A stretch of 64,000 nucleotides of DNA from Malacoraja senta (Eukaryota). Below, one piece after another: positions 12,745 to 24,166 of the stretch. The stretch's first letter is position 1; the number at the start of each line of letters is the position of its first letter. The notes below the pieces were generated by a model. It saw only the letters and a list, made by a program, of their open reading frames with translations, was not told the DNA's origin and did not search any database. The position numbers and the translations under genes were made by a program. Location: assembly GCA_038087875.1 (NCBI GenBank), contig JAXLNO010000264.1, positions 62,001-126,000 on the forward strand, in the 5' to 3' direction.

Positions 12745-13120
12745 TGCCATGATGCTGATCTTAGGCAGATGTATAAAATCACGAGGGGAATAGACAGAGT
12801 GAATTCATAGTCTTTTTCCAAGGGTAGCAGAACCAAGAACAAGATTGGCTATAATTAAGAGGGAGTTAGATGTGGCCCTTGTGGCTAAAGGGGTCAGGGG
12901 GTATGGAGAGAAGGCAGGTACAGGATACTGAGTTGGATGATCAGCCATGATCATATTGAATGGCGGTGCAGGCTCGAAGGGCCGAATGGCCTACTCCTGC
13001 ACCTATTTTCTATGTTTCTATGTTAAGAGGGCATAGGTTTAACGTGAGATTTAATAGGAACCGGAGGGGCAACTTTTGCACAAAGGATGGTGGATATAGA
13101 ATGAGCTGCCGGAAAAAGGA
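12745..13120 (+). mobile_element. CR1 3' fragments, one nested in another
   Basis: Older CR1 piece interrupted by a younger 3' end (about 12850-13022) with a ttctatgtttctatg tail. Confidence 0.7.
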
Positions 13121-13305
13121 TGTAGAAACAAAGAACTGCAGATGCTTATTAATACCAAAAAGGACACAAAATGCTGGAGTATGTCTGAAGAAGGGTCTCG
13201 ACCTGAAACTTCATCGATCCATGTTCTCCTGTGATGCTGCATAAAGTTACTACCCGTTAAGTTACGACAGCACTTTGTGTCCTTTTGCCAGAGGAAGGAG
13301 TTGAG

Positions 13306-14621
13306 CAGGGCCGGATTTACGTATAAGCTAGACAAGCTTAAGCTTAGGGGCTCGAGATCTAGGGGGGCCTACTCACCTCGCTGCCTCACCGGACCCGTCA
13401 AACCTCGTCCCCCACCGACCATCCGCCCACCGGGACCTCCTACACTTTGCCCGCTGACCCTCGACACTCCACCGCCCTGCAGCAGCCCGCAGCCGTCACC
13501 TTATCTGAATCCTGGACTCAGCACCGGGCCTGAAGCTTCCACGCTGCAGACTCCAACTGTCGGGTAGTCATGGTCCTCTAGTCGTGGGGGTGGGGGATTG
13601 GGAGGGGAGGGGGGCCTCACAAGTGAAATAGCTTAGGGCCTCTCCTCATCTAAATCCGGCCCTGGGTTTAACTGCGCTGGGTCCTAGTGCTAGCCCCCCC
13701 CCCCAACCCTGGTAACCTCAGTGGCTGTTCCACTGGGCCTTCCCCATTCCCCTCAAACCTTGTGACCCCAGCTCTTCCCCACCCACACTACAGTCCTCAT
13801 ACCCCCCTACCCCCTGACCACCCACCAACCCTCCACCAGGCCTCAGTCCACTCACCTGCCTTCCTCCGGACCTAACCCCCATCCCTGCCGTGTGTTCACC
13901 ATATCCCCTGACCTCCCCCACTCTGATACCGAACAGTCTGTCCTCAGCAGAGACCTTACCTTTGTCCCCCTACGTCCCCACCTCGATGAGTTCCGCGCCC
14001 GCCGCGATTTGGAGCTCTTCTTCTGTCGCCTCCGCCTCACAGCATTCTTCCATGGGAAGGAGTCCTCGCCCCCATTGATGATCCCTTTTCCCACCTCCAA
14101 CAGACCCCCTCCTCTTGAACCCCCCCTCATGGCCATTGGTACAATGAAATTTGGGGGTCACCATCCAACGTCGGAACGGGAGAACATTCTCAGCGGCTTG
14201 GACTTCCAAATCGGCCACTTCCTACCGGAGACCGCGGCTCCCGAGGTCCACAGGCTGAGCTGGGTGGAGATTCACGCTGGCGGCCCTCGGCAAAGGGTTC
14301 CCAGGGCTCCGCGATATTAAAATCAGCGCGGCCCGAGGCTGGGATCTCCGCAACCCACAGCTCCGTGATGTTGAAGCAGCAGGCCCAACATTCCAGAGCT
14401 TCAAACGGCGATCCAGGTAAAGCATCGCTCGCTCCGCGGTGAATCCAATATGGATTTTAAAACCAACTGTTTAATGACAACATACAGTAGGATCTAGAAG
14501 TGTCACACTGTCACTGTCGGGTAGTCATGGTCCTCTAGTCGTGGGGGTGGGGGATTGGGAGGGGGGGGGGGCCTCACAAGTGAAATAGCTTAGGGCCTCT
14601 CCTCATCTAAATCCGGCCCTG
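13306..14621. mobile_element. Composite non-autonomous hAT element with duplicated right end and captured sequence
   Basis: TIR CAGGGCCGGATTTA at 13306; inverse TAAATCCGGCCCTG ending at 13664 and at 14621; 8-bp TSD GAGTTGAG at 13298-13305 and 14622-14629. Confidence 0.88.
13890..14135 (+). pseudogene. Penelope-like element ORF N-terminal fragment inside the hAT element
   Basis: SDTEQSVLSRDLTFVP...EFRARRDLELFFCRLRLTAFF resembles the PLE motif LSxxExxVLSKGLxFxP...DxxxFxRRLRLxxFF. Confidence 0.7.
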
Positions 14622-15406
14622 GAGTTGAGGCTGGGAAAGGTTTAGAGGGATATAAGCCATAAGTGGGTAAATGGTACTAACTTAAGAGGGGCATCTTGGT
14701 CAGCATGGATGAGCTGGGCCAAAGGGCCTGTTTCCATGCTGTGCGACGCTACAACTCTATCTTATGGCCAAGATTGCAACGTAAAGTCAAAATTTCTGAG
14801 ATCATCTTTGCTTACCCACTTCCTTGAATCATAATCTGTAAGAGCTGATCAGAAGTGGTGATGATCACAGAAACGTTTGAAATCTTGCCTAACCTTGGTT
14901 GGAAGAGGAAGTTGTGTTGTGCTCTGTGAGGGAGTGAGCAGGCAGTAGGATATAAACTATCATAATCAGCATTGTCACATCAATATCAACTGTTCATCTC
15001 CTGATAATCTTTTCACGTCAATAATTTACTTGATTTTGTTTTCCATGTCCAAGGCATTATTTGGGACAAACTCCATTGGTGGCACTTTAATGAGACTTTG
15101 AAAGTAACACCACATGCTTGGGTTTTAATGGGATTAGAAGGTTGAGGAGAATCAAGCACAGACGATCGGGACTTCTTGTAGCATCCCAGTCCAGGTGAAC
15201 GGCAATTGCAATTCTCCCTCTCTGGCATACTGTCATAAACATTCGGCATTATATTTTTATGAAGTGGAGGTATTGCTACAAAGTTTGCTATTACCTTGCT
15301 ATTAGTGGCCCATATTAGATATTGTTGCATTGGATGAACCATGCTTCAGGCATGGTGAATAATGGAATACTCCATGGCCCAGGGCAAGGGCAGCAATCTT
15401 AATCTT

Positions 15407-15705
15407 CAGTGGCACAGCGGTAGAGTTGATGCCATACAGCACCAGAGTCCTAGGTTCAATCCTGACTACGGGTGCTTGTCTGTATGGAGTTTGTACATTC
15501 TCCCCTTGACCTGCGTGGGTTTTCTCTGGGACCTCCAATTTTCTCCCGCACTCCAAAGACATACAGGTCTGTAGGTTAATTGGCTTGGTATAATTGTAAA
15601 TTGTCCCTAGTATGTGTAGGATTAGTGTTAGTGTGCGGGGATCGCTGGTCGACGCGAACTCAGTGAGCCGAAGAGCCTGTTTCCATGCTGTATCTCAAAA
15701 CTAAA
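15407..15705 (+). mobile_element. HE1-type V-SINE
   Basis: A-box-like tggcacagcgg, B-box-like ggttcaatcc, V-domain, CR1-like tail. Confidence 0.9.
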
Positions 15706-15709
15706 TTGT

Positions 15710-16009
15710 TTTACAGATACAGTGCGACAACAGGCCCTTTGGCCCACCGAGTCCGTGGCAAACAGTGATACCCGCACACTAATATTATCCTACACACGCT
15801 AGGGACAATTTACAATTATACCAAGCCAATTAACCTACAAACCGGTCATTCTTTGCAGTATGGGAAGAAACCGAAATCCCGGAGAAAACTCACACAGGTC
15901 ACGGGTAGCACGTACAAACTTTGCACAGACAGCACCCGTAGTCAGAATCGAACCCAGGTCTCTGGTGCTGTAAGACAGCAACTCTACCTCTGCGCCACCG
16001 TGCCGCCCG
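15710..16009 (-). mobile_element. HE1-type V-SINE
   Basis: Full-length reverse copy directly abutting the previous SINE. Confidence 0.9.
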
Positions 16010-16200
16010 TGATCTGTTGCAACTTTCAAAAAGCTCATCAAGGCTGACCCTTTGCTCTGCAGCTCATTAATGCACAGCTCTGAACTATGAGCATTGGCAC
16101 CTATGATGGTTCCAGGCAACTGATGCAATCAGGGGGCAACTCCCTTCACGCTGACCGATCTGCTGTGGAAGGCAAGGTCACAAATACTGAAGTCAGAGAG

Positions 16201-16362
16201 GTTTAGTTTAGTTTAGTTTAGTTTAATTTAGTTTAGAGATACAGCAAGTAAACGGTGCCCACGCCGACCCGTATGCTAATCCTATCCTACACCCTAGGGA
16301 TAATTTACAGAAGCCAATTAACCTACAAACCTGTATGTCTTTGGAATGTGGGAGGAAACCAG
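16201..16362 (-). mobile_element. HE1-type SINE 3' fragment with (TTTAG)n tail
   Basis: gtttagtttagtttag...agagatacagc followed by ccaattaacctacaaacc. Confidence 0.75.
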
Positions 16363-17264
16363 AGTATCCGCACCCTCCCCTCCAAGTGGCATTCAGTCCT
16401 GGCTACCATAGTACATGTCCATCCGATTGGTGGGGGAGCTGGAGAGGGAGGGGGAAGTAGTCATGAGACCAGCTTCTGAAAGAACCAGGACAAACTACAA
16501 TCTGCAACAGTGCTTCCTGGAGATGGAAAAGTCATCCAGGATCCCGTAACATCTACCAGGGGTGAAAGGGGGAGACAAAAGGAACTGCAGAAGCTGGAAT
16601 CTTGAGCGAAAGACAAAGTGCTGTAGGAACTCAGCGAGCAAGGCAGCGCCTGTGGAAGAAATGGACAGACATTCTGAGGAAAGGTCCTAACGAAACATTG
16701 CTTGTCCATTCCCTCCGCAGATGCTGCCTGAGCTACTGAGTTCCTCCAGCACTTTGTTTTTTTGGGACTGAAAGGTTACAGGACAGGTTACAACCCATAC
16801 AGGTTATGGGAATGCAGAAGTGAGGTACAGACAGATGCTTAGCATGATCCTAAACCACTTGAGGGGCTGAGTGGCCTAGATCAGCTCCTAGCTCATGTTA
16901 TCATGTGTAATATCAGTGTTGTTGTGGAGCCTATCGATTCCCTCCACAGACGCTGCCTGACCTGGAGAGGTCCTTCAGCATTTTGTGCTTTGCTCAAGAT
17001 TCCAGCAACTACAGGTCCTTGTGTTTCCACTGGATTTGCTGCAGGAGACTGCACAGGAAAGTGAGTGGCAACAAGAATTCTTGGAGGTGGAAGTGAATGA
17101 CAGCGGCTAACACCAGCACCGCCACTCTCGACTGTTTCACTATTCAGAACCCACAAATGAACTAAGAATTCTCCTGGAAAAAAAGGTGATCAGAATTCCC
17201 CCTTAACACATCTTCGAAACAGACCGTTTCTATCATTGCAATGTAAAATTCATAGTCTTCGAAT

Positions 17265-17745
17265 CATACAGCACAGAAACTGGCCCCTCGGCCCAGTTTA
17301 CACATACTAGAAACATAGAAACATACAAAATAGATGCAGGAGTAGGCCATTCGGCCCTTCGAGCCTGCACCGCCATTCAATATGATCATGGCTGATCATC
17401 CAACTCAGTATCCTGTACCTGCCTTCTCTCCATACCCCCTGATCCCTTTAGCCACAAGGGCCACATCTAACTCCCTCTTAAATATAGCCAATGAACTGGC
17501 CTCAACTACCTTCTGTGGCAAAGAATTCTACAGATTCACTACTCTCTGTGTAAAAAATGATTTTCTCATCTCGGTCCTAAAAGACTTCCCCCTTACCCTT
17601 AAACTGTGACCCCTTGTTCTGGACTTCCCCAACATCGGGAACAATCTTCCTGCATCTAGCCTGTCCAACCCCTTAAGAATCTTGTAAGTTTACTGACCAA
17701 GATGTCCCATCTACTCTAGTCCCACCTTTCTGCATTTGGTCGTAA
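17265..17745 (-). mobile_element. CR1 3' ends; younger copy (about 17307-17690) nested in an older one
   Basis: tagaaacatagaaacata tail; FLISVLK/NRVVNL-type sequence; outer CR1 tail resumes at tactgaccaagatg. Confidence 0.8.
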
Positions 17746-17984
17746 TGTTGGCAAATGGGAGTAGCCCAGTATGCCAACTTGGAGTTTGAATGGACAAGGT
17801 GGGCCGAAGGACCTGTTTCCATTCCATCCAGCTCCATGATTCTCTCTGCTCCTTCTCTTGCGTGCTGAGAGGAAGGAATAGAGAGTGTCTGTGGTCTTCC
17901 TCAGACACATCAGTACACAGGGAGGTGCGACACAGTGCTTTTGTAACCTGTGGCAGAAAGTACTGTTGATGCTATGGTTTGAGG

Positions 17985-18075
17985 TTACAGTTGTGGCTGT
18001 AAGTGACATAGCTCAATGACAGCTTCCCTGGTGAAGTGGAGACATTTCATGCGTTGCTCTTCATTAAAAAAACGT
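17985..18075 (-). pseudogene. Possible Harbinger transposase N-terminal remnant
   Basis: NEEQRMKCLHFTREAVIELCHL resembles the PIF/Harbinger motif EEQCLRRLRFxKExVxELCxLL. Confidence 0.35.
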
Positions 18076-18744
18076 TGTAATGTTTGATGCAGACTTACCG
18101 GAGGCCTGACCTCCAACATGTTGCTTCCTCTCCAAGCACTTTGCAGCATCTTCTGCCAAGGGTGTCTACTTTGCTGCACAGACTTGTGACATAACATCAA
18201 AGCCAGTACTGTAAAATCACTAATGGCTGCAGCTGGGCTTTCAGGAAGTAATGGGCAATAGTTGTATGAGATCTGAGTAAATTCATTTGTGGAAGGAAAG
18301 TGAATTGAAGTGGGTGCTGTAATGGGGCAAAGATATTCCAAACCAAGCAGCAACCAGTTATCCCGAAACTAAATCTTTCTGAAATAATTATGCCCAAAAC
18401 TCCCAACCTCCAGCAAACTGAGTGTAGTTCTGGATACCCAGGTACAGGAAGGATATCATTAAGTTGGAAATGACACAGAAGAGATTCATCACAGAAGAGG
18501 TGATGGACACATTGGATCAAAGGGCCAATTTGTGTGCTGTGCTCTTCTATGTTCTATGTTATATGTTCTATGTTCATGTTCTATGTCCCCCACCCTTACC
18601 TCATTTTGCCATCTCATCATGACCTGGAATTTATCCACCTGCTGAGATATAGGTTGGCAGTATAGATGTCATTAAACCGTCCACACTGGAACTTACCTGT
18701 TGGGGAAATAAAAAGGGTTTTGATTGCTGGTTCATTGGTTCAAG

Positions 18745-18980
18745 ACCACTGGTGGAAAATCTGAGGAATTTGTTGCCACAGACGGCTGTGGAGGCCAAGT
18801 CATTGGGTGTTTTTAAGGTGGAGATGGGCAGATTTTTTATTAGTAAACGTATCAAAGGTTATGGGGAAAAAGCAAGAGAATGAGGTTGAGAGGGAAAGAT
18901 AGGTCAGCCATGATTGAATGGTGGACTAAACTTGATGGGCCAAATGGCCTAATTCTGCTCCTACGACAGATGAACATGAA
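18745..18980 (+). mobile_element. CR1 3' fragment
   Basis: gtggaaaatctgaggaatttgttgccacagacggctgtggaggcc...gggccaaatggcctaattctgctcct. Confidence 0.8.
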
Positions 18981-19579
18981 AATATTGATGGTGAATGTGA
19001 TTTGCTGAAGGGGTTCCGATGAGTCCTCATTATCTGCCAGTTGATTATATTTCAGTCACCATGGCAGACCACCAGCTATCCCTGACTCCTGCCACTGGGC
19101 TGGCCTCCCAAGCAGCCAAGCACGTAAATGAATATTTGAGAGCCAGTGCAATACTAGAGTTGTCAGACAGTGCAGAAATAGGCCATTTGACCCAACCGCC
19201 ACTCAATGCTAACATATATAGCTCTAGTTTTTCACAGCTTTGTGTTTTGTTCATATTGTGGTGATTCCGCTTGTGCCTCTTTATTGCCTCAATAATTGTC
19301 AAAGATTATATATTGAATCATTTTTCCACACATCAAATTCTTCCCTCTTAAACTACAGAAGATATTTCTTCGGCTCTTCCATTTCAGTCTGTTTCCGCAG
19401 GAGTCACATTGTTATTTAACTTATTTTTGAACAAAAATATACCACCTTAACTTTAAAAACAACCTATTTTAAGATTGTCCACAATGCAACTTCCTTATAT
19501 GTTCTGAAGCATACACTGTGCAGTAGAATACAAATGAAGCAATGTTATGCAAATAGCAGACTGCAAAAGACAACAGTAT

Positions 19580-19823
19580 TTGATTGAAAGGTACAGCATG
19601 GAAACAGACCCTTTGGCCCATTGAGTCCCATTTTCACATCTACTCCCTACACATGAGGGTTCTTTTTTCAGATGCCAATCAACCAACAAATTTGCAAGTC
19701 TTTGGAATGTAGGAGGAAACCAGAACACCTGGAGAAAACCCATGCGGTCACAAGAAGAATGTGCAAACACCACATTGACAGAACCTTAGGTCAGGTTTGA
19801 ACCAGGGTCTCTGATGCTGTGAG
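19580..19823 (-). mobile_element. HE1-type SINE, degenerate
   Basis: V-domain aggaaaccagaacacctggagaaaacccatgcggtcaca. Confidence 0.7.
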
Positions 19824-20149
19824 TGAAGCCAAGAGTCAACAGTGTTTAATTGTCATATGTACTGAATGGAACAATGACATTCTTACTTTCAGCAGTATTA
19901 CAGGCCATTGTCATAGATAACATAATAGACACAAATTATAGACATAGAGGGGTTGTTTAATTGAAACATAATAGACAAAAATATTCAATACTGTACATTA
20001 AAAACTTACATTTTAATTAACATTTAAAAGATTTGACATTTGAGGTCAGCTGTTTTATTTAGAAATAATAGTTTATTTTTCATCTATCAGATGTATTGGA
20101 AATATTTACACTTTTTCCAGTCAGATTATTGACATTTTGTTCGGGGGAG

Positions 20150-20415
20150 TTACATGAGCTCCTTTGCATTGGGGACTTTATTATATAGGGCGGAATTAGG
20201 TGTTGGAAATCGTGTTCATGGGGATGGGGTTGTTTAATTGAAGGGAAGCAATGATAATGTTATTCAGAAGAATGGGTGGACTGTAAACACGTTCAGTATT
20301 TCAAACGCTGAACTCTGTTTTCACGCCCTGTTTATTTCCGGTTTTGTTTCCAACTGATCTAAACAGCCCACGGCCTCTAATCGACCAGCCACTCGGCCCC
20401 CGCACCGTGTCGCAG
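20150..20415 (+). promoter_or_regulatory. Candidate promoter and non-coding exon 1 of NFIL3-like gene A
   Basis: Unique, locally CpG-richer DNA; GC box GGGCGG at 20188; ETS-like ttccgg; strong donor CAG|GTGAGT with GT at 20416. NFIL3 genes have a non-coding first exon. Confidence 0.45.
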
Positions 20416-20597
20416 GTGAGTTCGGCTTTTCTCAAAACTATTCACAGGCGCGTGCGCTTTTTTTAATGCACTCGTGTGGTTGTCTCTTGTCATTTAGATC
20501 TTCAGACTGATAGCACAAGACCTGACAACATTGTGTTCAGCGTATTCGTGAATTAATTGATGCTTTGACTTGTTTAACATTTATTTAAACCTTGACA

Positions 20598-20790
20598 TAA
20601 AGAACTGCAGATTCTGGTTTACACAAAAGGACACAACGTGCTGGAGTCACTCAGCAGGTCAGGCAGCGTCTCTGGTCAGAACATGGATAGGTGATGTTTC
20701 TGGTCGAGACCTTTCTTCAGACCCGAAACATCATCTACCCATGCTCTCCAGCGATGCTGCCTGACCTGCTGATTTACCCCAGCACTTTGC
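20598..20790. mobile_element. Penelope-derived short repeat, inverted (fold-back) pair
   Basis: gtgctggagtcactcagcaggtcaggcagc...cttcagacccgaaacatc...gatgctgcctgacctgctgatttaccccagcac. Confidence 0.7.
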
Positions 20791-20977
20791 GCCCTTTATT
20801 TAAACCTACTTCGACCTGGTGTGGCAAACTCGTGAATATGCACTGAGATATTTTCTAGCCAGTTATAAATCGTTAATTTACCGGGAATTTTCTCATAATA
20901 TAAACAAATCTTTACGGAATACTCTGCGCTATCCACGAGATTTCATTTAATGCAAATGAGCTAAATACAAGGGATAG

Positions 20978-21260
20978 TCTCCGCGTCAGACACCTGGGTT
21001 CGATCCTGACCTCTGTGTGGAGTTTGCACGTTCTCCCCGTGACCGCGTGGGTTACCTCCGCGTGCTCCGGTTTCATCCCAATACCCAGCACAATGCGGGG
21101 TTGTAGGTTAATTGGGCTCTGTGAATTACCCCGAGTGTGCAGAGAATGGATGAGAAAGTGGGATATCATAGTATTAATGTACGGGTGGGTGATCGATTGG
21201 CGTGGACTCGGTGGGCGGATGGGCCCGTTTCCATTCTGTATCTCTAAACTAAGCTAAACT
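20978..21260 (+). mobile_element. HE1-type SINE
   Basis: gggttcgatcc B-box, ggagtttgcacgttctccccgtgaccgcgtggg, tatctctaaactaagctaaact tail. Confidence 0.85.
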
Positions 21261-22250
21261 CACACCCGATATCTTACAATGAAACTCCCAAAGGTAATTA
21301 GTTAAGATAACCTTCACAAGGAACATAAGGTGTTAATGCGTCCAGTTTACCACTCAGACATTGGTCAAACACCCTGTAGTCCCATCCGATAGTTTCCACT
21401 ATTCCAAGGGTAGACACATCCAATGTCAGGTGTGTTCATGTATCAGTTTCCGGTAATACGTTACAATATCGAATAATTGACCAATGATGATTAATACCGA
21501 TTAATATTCATGAATTTACCGCCTAATTAATCAATTCATACATTAGTATGTAATGGTACACAGCACGGAAAAGGGCCCTTCGGCACAACTGGTCTATGCT
21601 GACCAAGATGCTCAATCGAAACAAATATTATACCGATGTGCCGTTTTGAAATAATATGTCCACTGTTCTGTAATGGGCTACCTAAAGGAATTGTACACTA
21701 ACATTTCGTCCTACACTAACACTGGAAGTAATTGACCCAATATCCAATGCAGTATATACTCAGGAAAATCCACTTAGTATCCCACACCACAAAACTAGAC
21801 AGAATAACTATAACACATTACCCCCCCCCCCCCCACACACACACCTCTCTTCAACCCCCAATCCCTCACCTGTGTCCAGCTATCACTTGTCAGGCTTTGT
21901 CCCTGCCGCACCTCTCTTCCAGCTTTCTCCCCCCCCCCCCCCCTGAAAGGTCCCGACCCGAAACGTCACCTATTCATGTTCTCCGGAGATGCTGCATGGC
22001 CCGCTGAGTTTCTCCAGCACTCTTGAAGGGCGCCAACCATGTTCATGATCGCCCTGGATACTTTGCATGGTGGCAGCTAATTCTGCAATGAGGCGCTTTA
22101 ATAAATATGACAATAAACTAGCGATGGGTCGAGTAGTTTTATTTATATCCTGTATTTCGACATTTTCAACGAATCAGTGATCGAATCAAAGGTTTCAACA
22201 GCGACCCCCCTCCCCCACCCCCTTCCCCCCCATAAAACTATACAATACTC

Positions 22251-22258
22251 TTATGTAA
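22251..22258 (+). promoter_or_regulatory. D-box core TTATGTAA in putative intron 1 of gene A
   Basis: Exact PAR/NFIL3 core; could also arise by chance in AT-rich DNA. Confidence 0.3.
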
Positions 22259-22375
22259 ACCAAATTAGACATCTGTGGTGACAAATGAACTGTAGATGCT
22301 GGAACATTGAGCAAAACACAAAGTGCTGGAGTAACTCAGCGGGTCAGGCAGCATCTGGGGAGGGAATGGACAGAT

Positions 22376-22403
22376 GACGTTTCGGGTCGGGACCCTTCTT
22401 CAG
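22376..22403 (-). ncRNA. Minimal hammerhead-like motif in PLE-derived repeat
   Basis: CUGAAGAA-GGGUC(CC)GACCC-GAAACGUC on the minus strand. Confidence 0.45.
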
Positions 22404-22764
22404 AAGATAGCCTGTCCATTGCCCCCACTGATGCTGAGTTCCCCAGTACTTTGTGTTTTGTTTTAACTTCTGCTTCTGCTTCTGTAAAGTAAAACAATGA
22501 AGGTGCTGTGCCCTGAAACAAGGAATGTGATCTTAAAGTGGCTCGAACCAAACTGAACATAAAATATGTTGTTCTTCCGATTCACCTCTACCCCATCGTG
22601 GACATTCGACTTTGTCTCTGGAACTGATGCGCTGCAATGCGGAGAACTATATTCTGCACTCTGCATCTTCCCCTTTGTTCTACCTATTGTAGTTGAGTTC
22701 GGCTTGATTGTATTTTTGTGTACTATTATCTGATCTGATTGGATAGCATGCAAAGCAACGCAGT

Positions 22765-22792
22765 CTGAAGAAGGGTCTGCACCCGAAACGTC
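22765..22792 (+). ncRNA. Minimal hammerhead-like motif in PLE-derived repeat
   Basis: CUGAAGAA-GGGU(CUGC)ACCC-GAAACGUC. Confidence 0.45.
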
Positions 22793-23380
22793 ACCCATCC
22801 ATGTTCACTCGGGATGACTCGGGTTCACTCGGGTTACTCCAGCATTTTATGACCTTTTGTGTAAATCAACTTCTGCAGTTCCTTGTTTCTACTTCTCAAG
22901 CTTTTCTCTGTACCTTGGTACACGTGACAATAGTAAACCTAAAGCTAAATATTTTTGAGATAGTTCTTTGTCTCGGGGCTTATTTGTTTTTGAATTATTT
23001 CGTCCTGGGATCCGTGTGTTGTGCTTTTGAAAAGAGATTAGTTATCTTTCACTGCATTATCTGTAGCTATTTTTTTAATGTATGACCTGACATTATGCCT
23101 TTTATAGTATCACTTTTCCTTGTTTTAGGGCACAGAACTGTAATTGTTTTACTTTGCAGACTTCATCATAGAAGTTTAAACAAAACACAAAGGTACTGGG
23201 GAACTCAGTAGGTCAGGCATTGAATGTCTTGCATTGGATGTAGTTTGCCCCGTATACTGTCTTGTTTCCACAAAGAGCTGAAGGCCAGCGAGTTTCAGAA
23301 TGGTTTGTCATTTTATTTAATACCTCAAATCACCAAAAGCAATATGTTGTCTTTTCAAGCTGCTCTGAAACCTCGCCGAG

Positions 23381-24166
23381 ATGTATTTAAAGACCAGCGT
23401 CGGCTCGCTGGGCGCTGCCTGTAACACCAGTGCCATCGACTCGCCCGTGTCTCTGCTTCTCACGGCGGTCACTCCCACCGCTCCGGCCGGGGACGAGGAA
23501 CCCAGCGGACAGGGTGTCGGGCTACGGGACATGGTTCCACGGCTCAAGAGAGAGTTCGTGCCCCAGGAGAAAAAGGACGCCAGTTACTGGAACAAGAGGG
23601 GAAAAAATAACGACGCCGCCAAGAAGTCCCGGGAGAAGCGGCGCCTATGGGGCCTGGAAATGGAGAGGTCAATCTTCGCGTTAACGGAGGAAAACAAACA
23701 CTTAAAAACCGAGCTGTTGACCCTCCAGTACCAGTTAGGCATCGTTCAAGTTTCTCCACATTCACAGGTGTGGTTGAGAAAAGTTCTGTCTAATTTCCTG
23801 CCTGTTTTTGGGACACTGAGCTGTCAATGTGACCCAGACTCGATAAGTGGCGCTTCCCCGCCCAGTGGATGCTGGGCTCAGGCCAAGTCTGAATCGCCCA
23901 GGAAAGACTCGCTGGGTCTGCCCAACGCCTTCAGGTTATCCGACCTTATAGTTGAGGGTGCCTCCTCCAAAGAGAGGCAGGATGATGTTGGGAGTAAGGT
24001 GTACCCAGCCCTGTCCGGCCCGCAGGGTCTCCGCCCGCTGCCCAGGACCTCCTGGTACACCTCGACCGACCTGCAGGACTCTGGATCACACGCCAGGCTT
24101 CCTCACAAACTCCGCTTCAAACCCACGGGAATGGAGAAACAGACCATCAGAGGCTACGCTGTTTGA
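23381..24166 (+). CDS. NFIL3: NFIL3/E4BP4-like bZIP transcription factor, divergent paralogue A (261 aa, single coding exon)
   Basis: RLKREFVPQEKKDASYWNKRGKNNDAAKKSREKRR basic region, zipper LTEENKHLKTELLTLQYQLG, C-terminal LPHKLRFK motif; acceptor ttttcaAG (23358-23359) 21 nt before the ATG. Family is clear; orthology (NFIL3 vs NFILZ-like) is not determined. Confidence 0.9.
   Translation: MYLKTSVGSLGAACNTSAIDSPVSLLLTAVTPTAPAGDEEPSGQGVGLRDMVPRLKREFVPQEKKDASYWNKRGKNNDAAKKSREKRRLWGLEMERSIFALTEENKHLKTELLTLQYQLGIVQVSPHSQVWLRKVLSNFLPVFGTLSCQCDPDSISGASPPSGCWAQAKSESPRKDSLGLPNAFRLSDLIVEGASSKERQDDVGSKVYPALSGPQGLRPLPRTSWYTSTDLQDSGSHARLPHKLRFKPTGMEKQTIRGYAV

Noticed and set aside
15407..15480. tRNA-like sequence
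   Set aside because: It is the tRNA-derived head of an HE1 SINE, continuous with the V-domain; not a tRNA gene.
19019..19302. Overlapping 81- and 85-aa ORFs in unique DNA
   Set aside because: No recognisable motif or convincing splice context.
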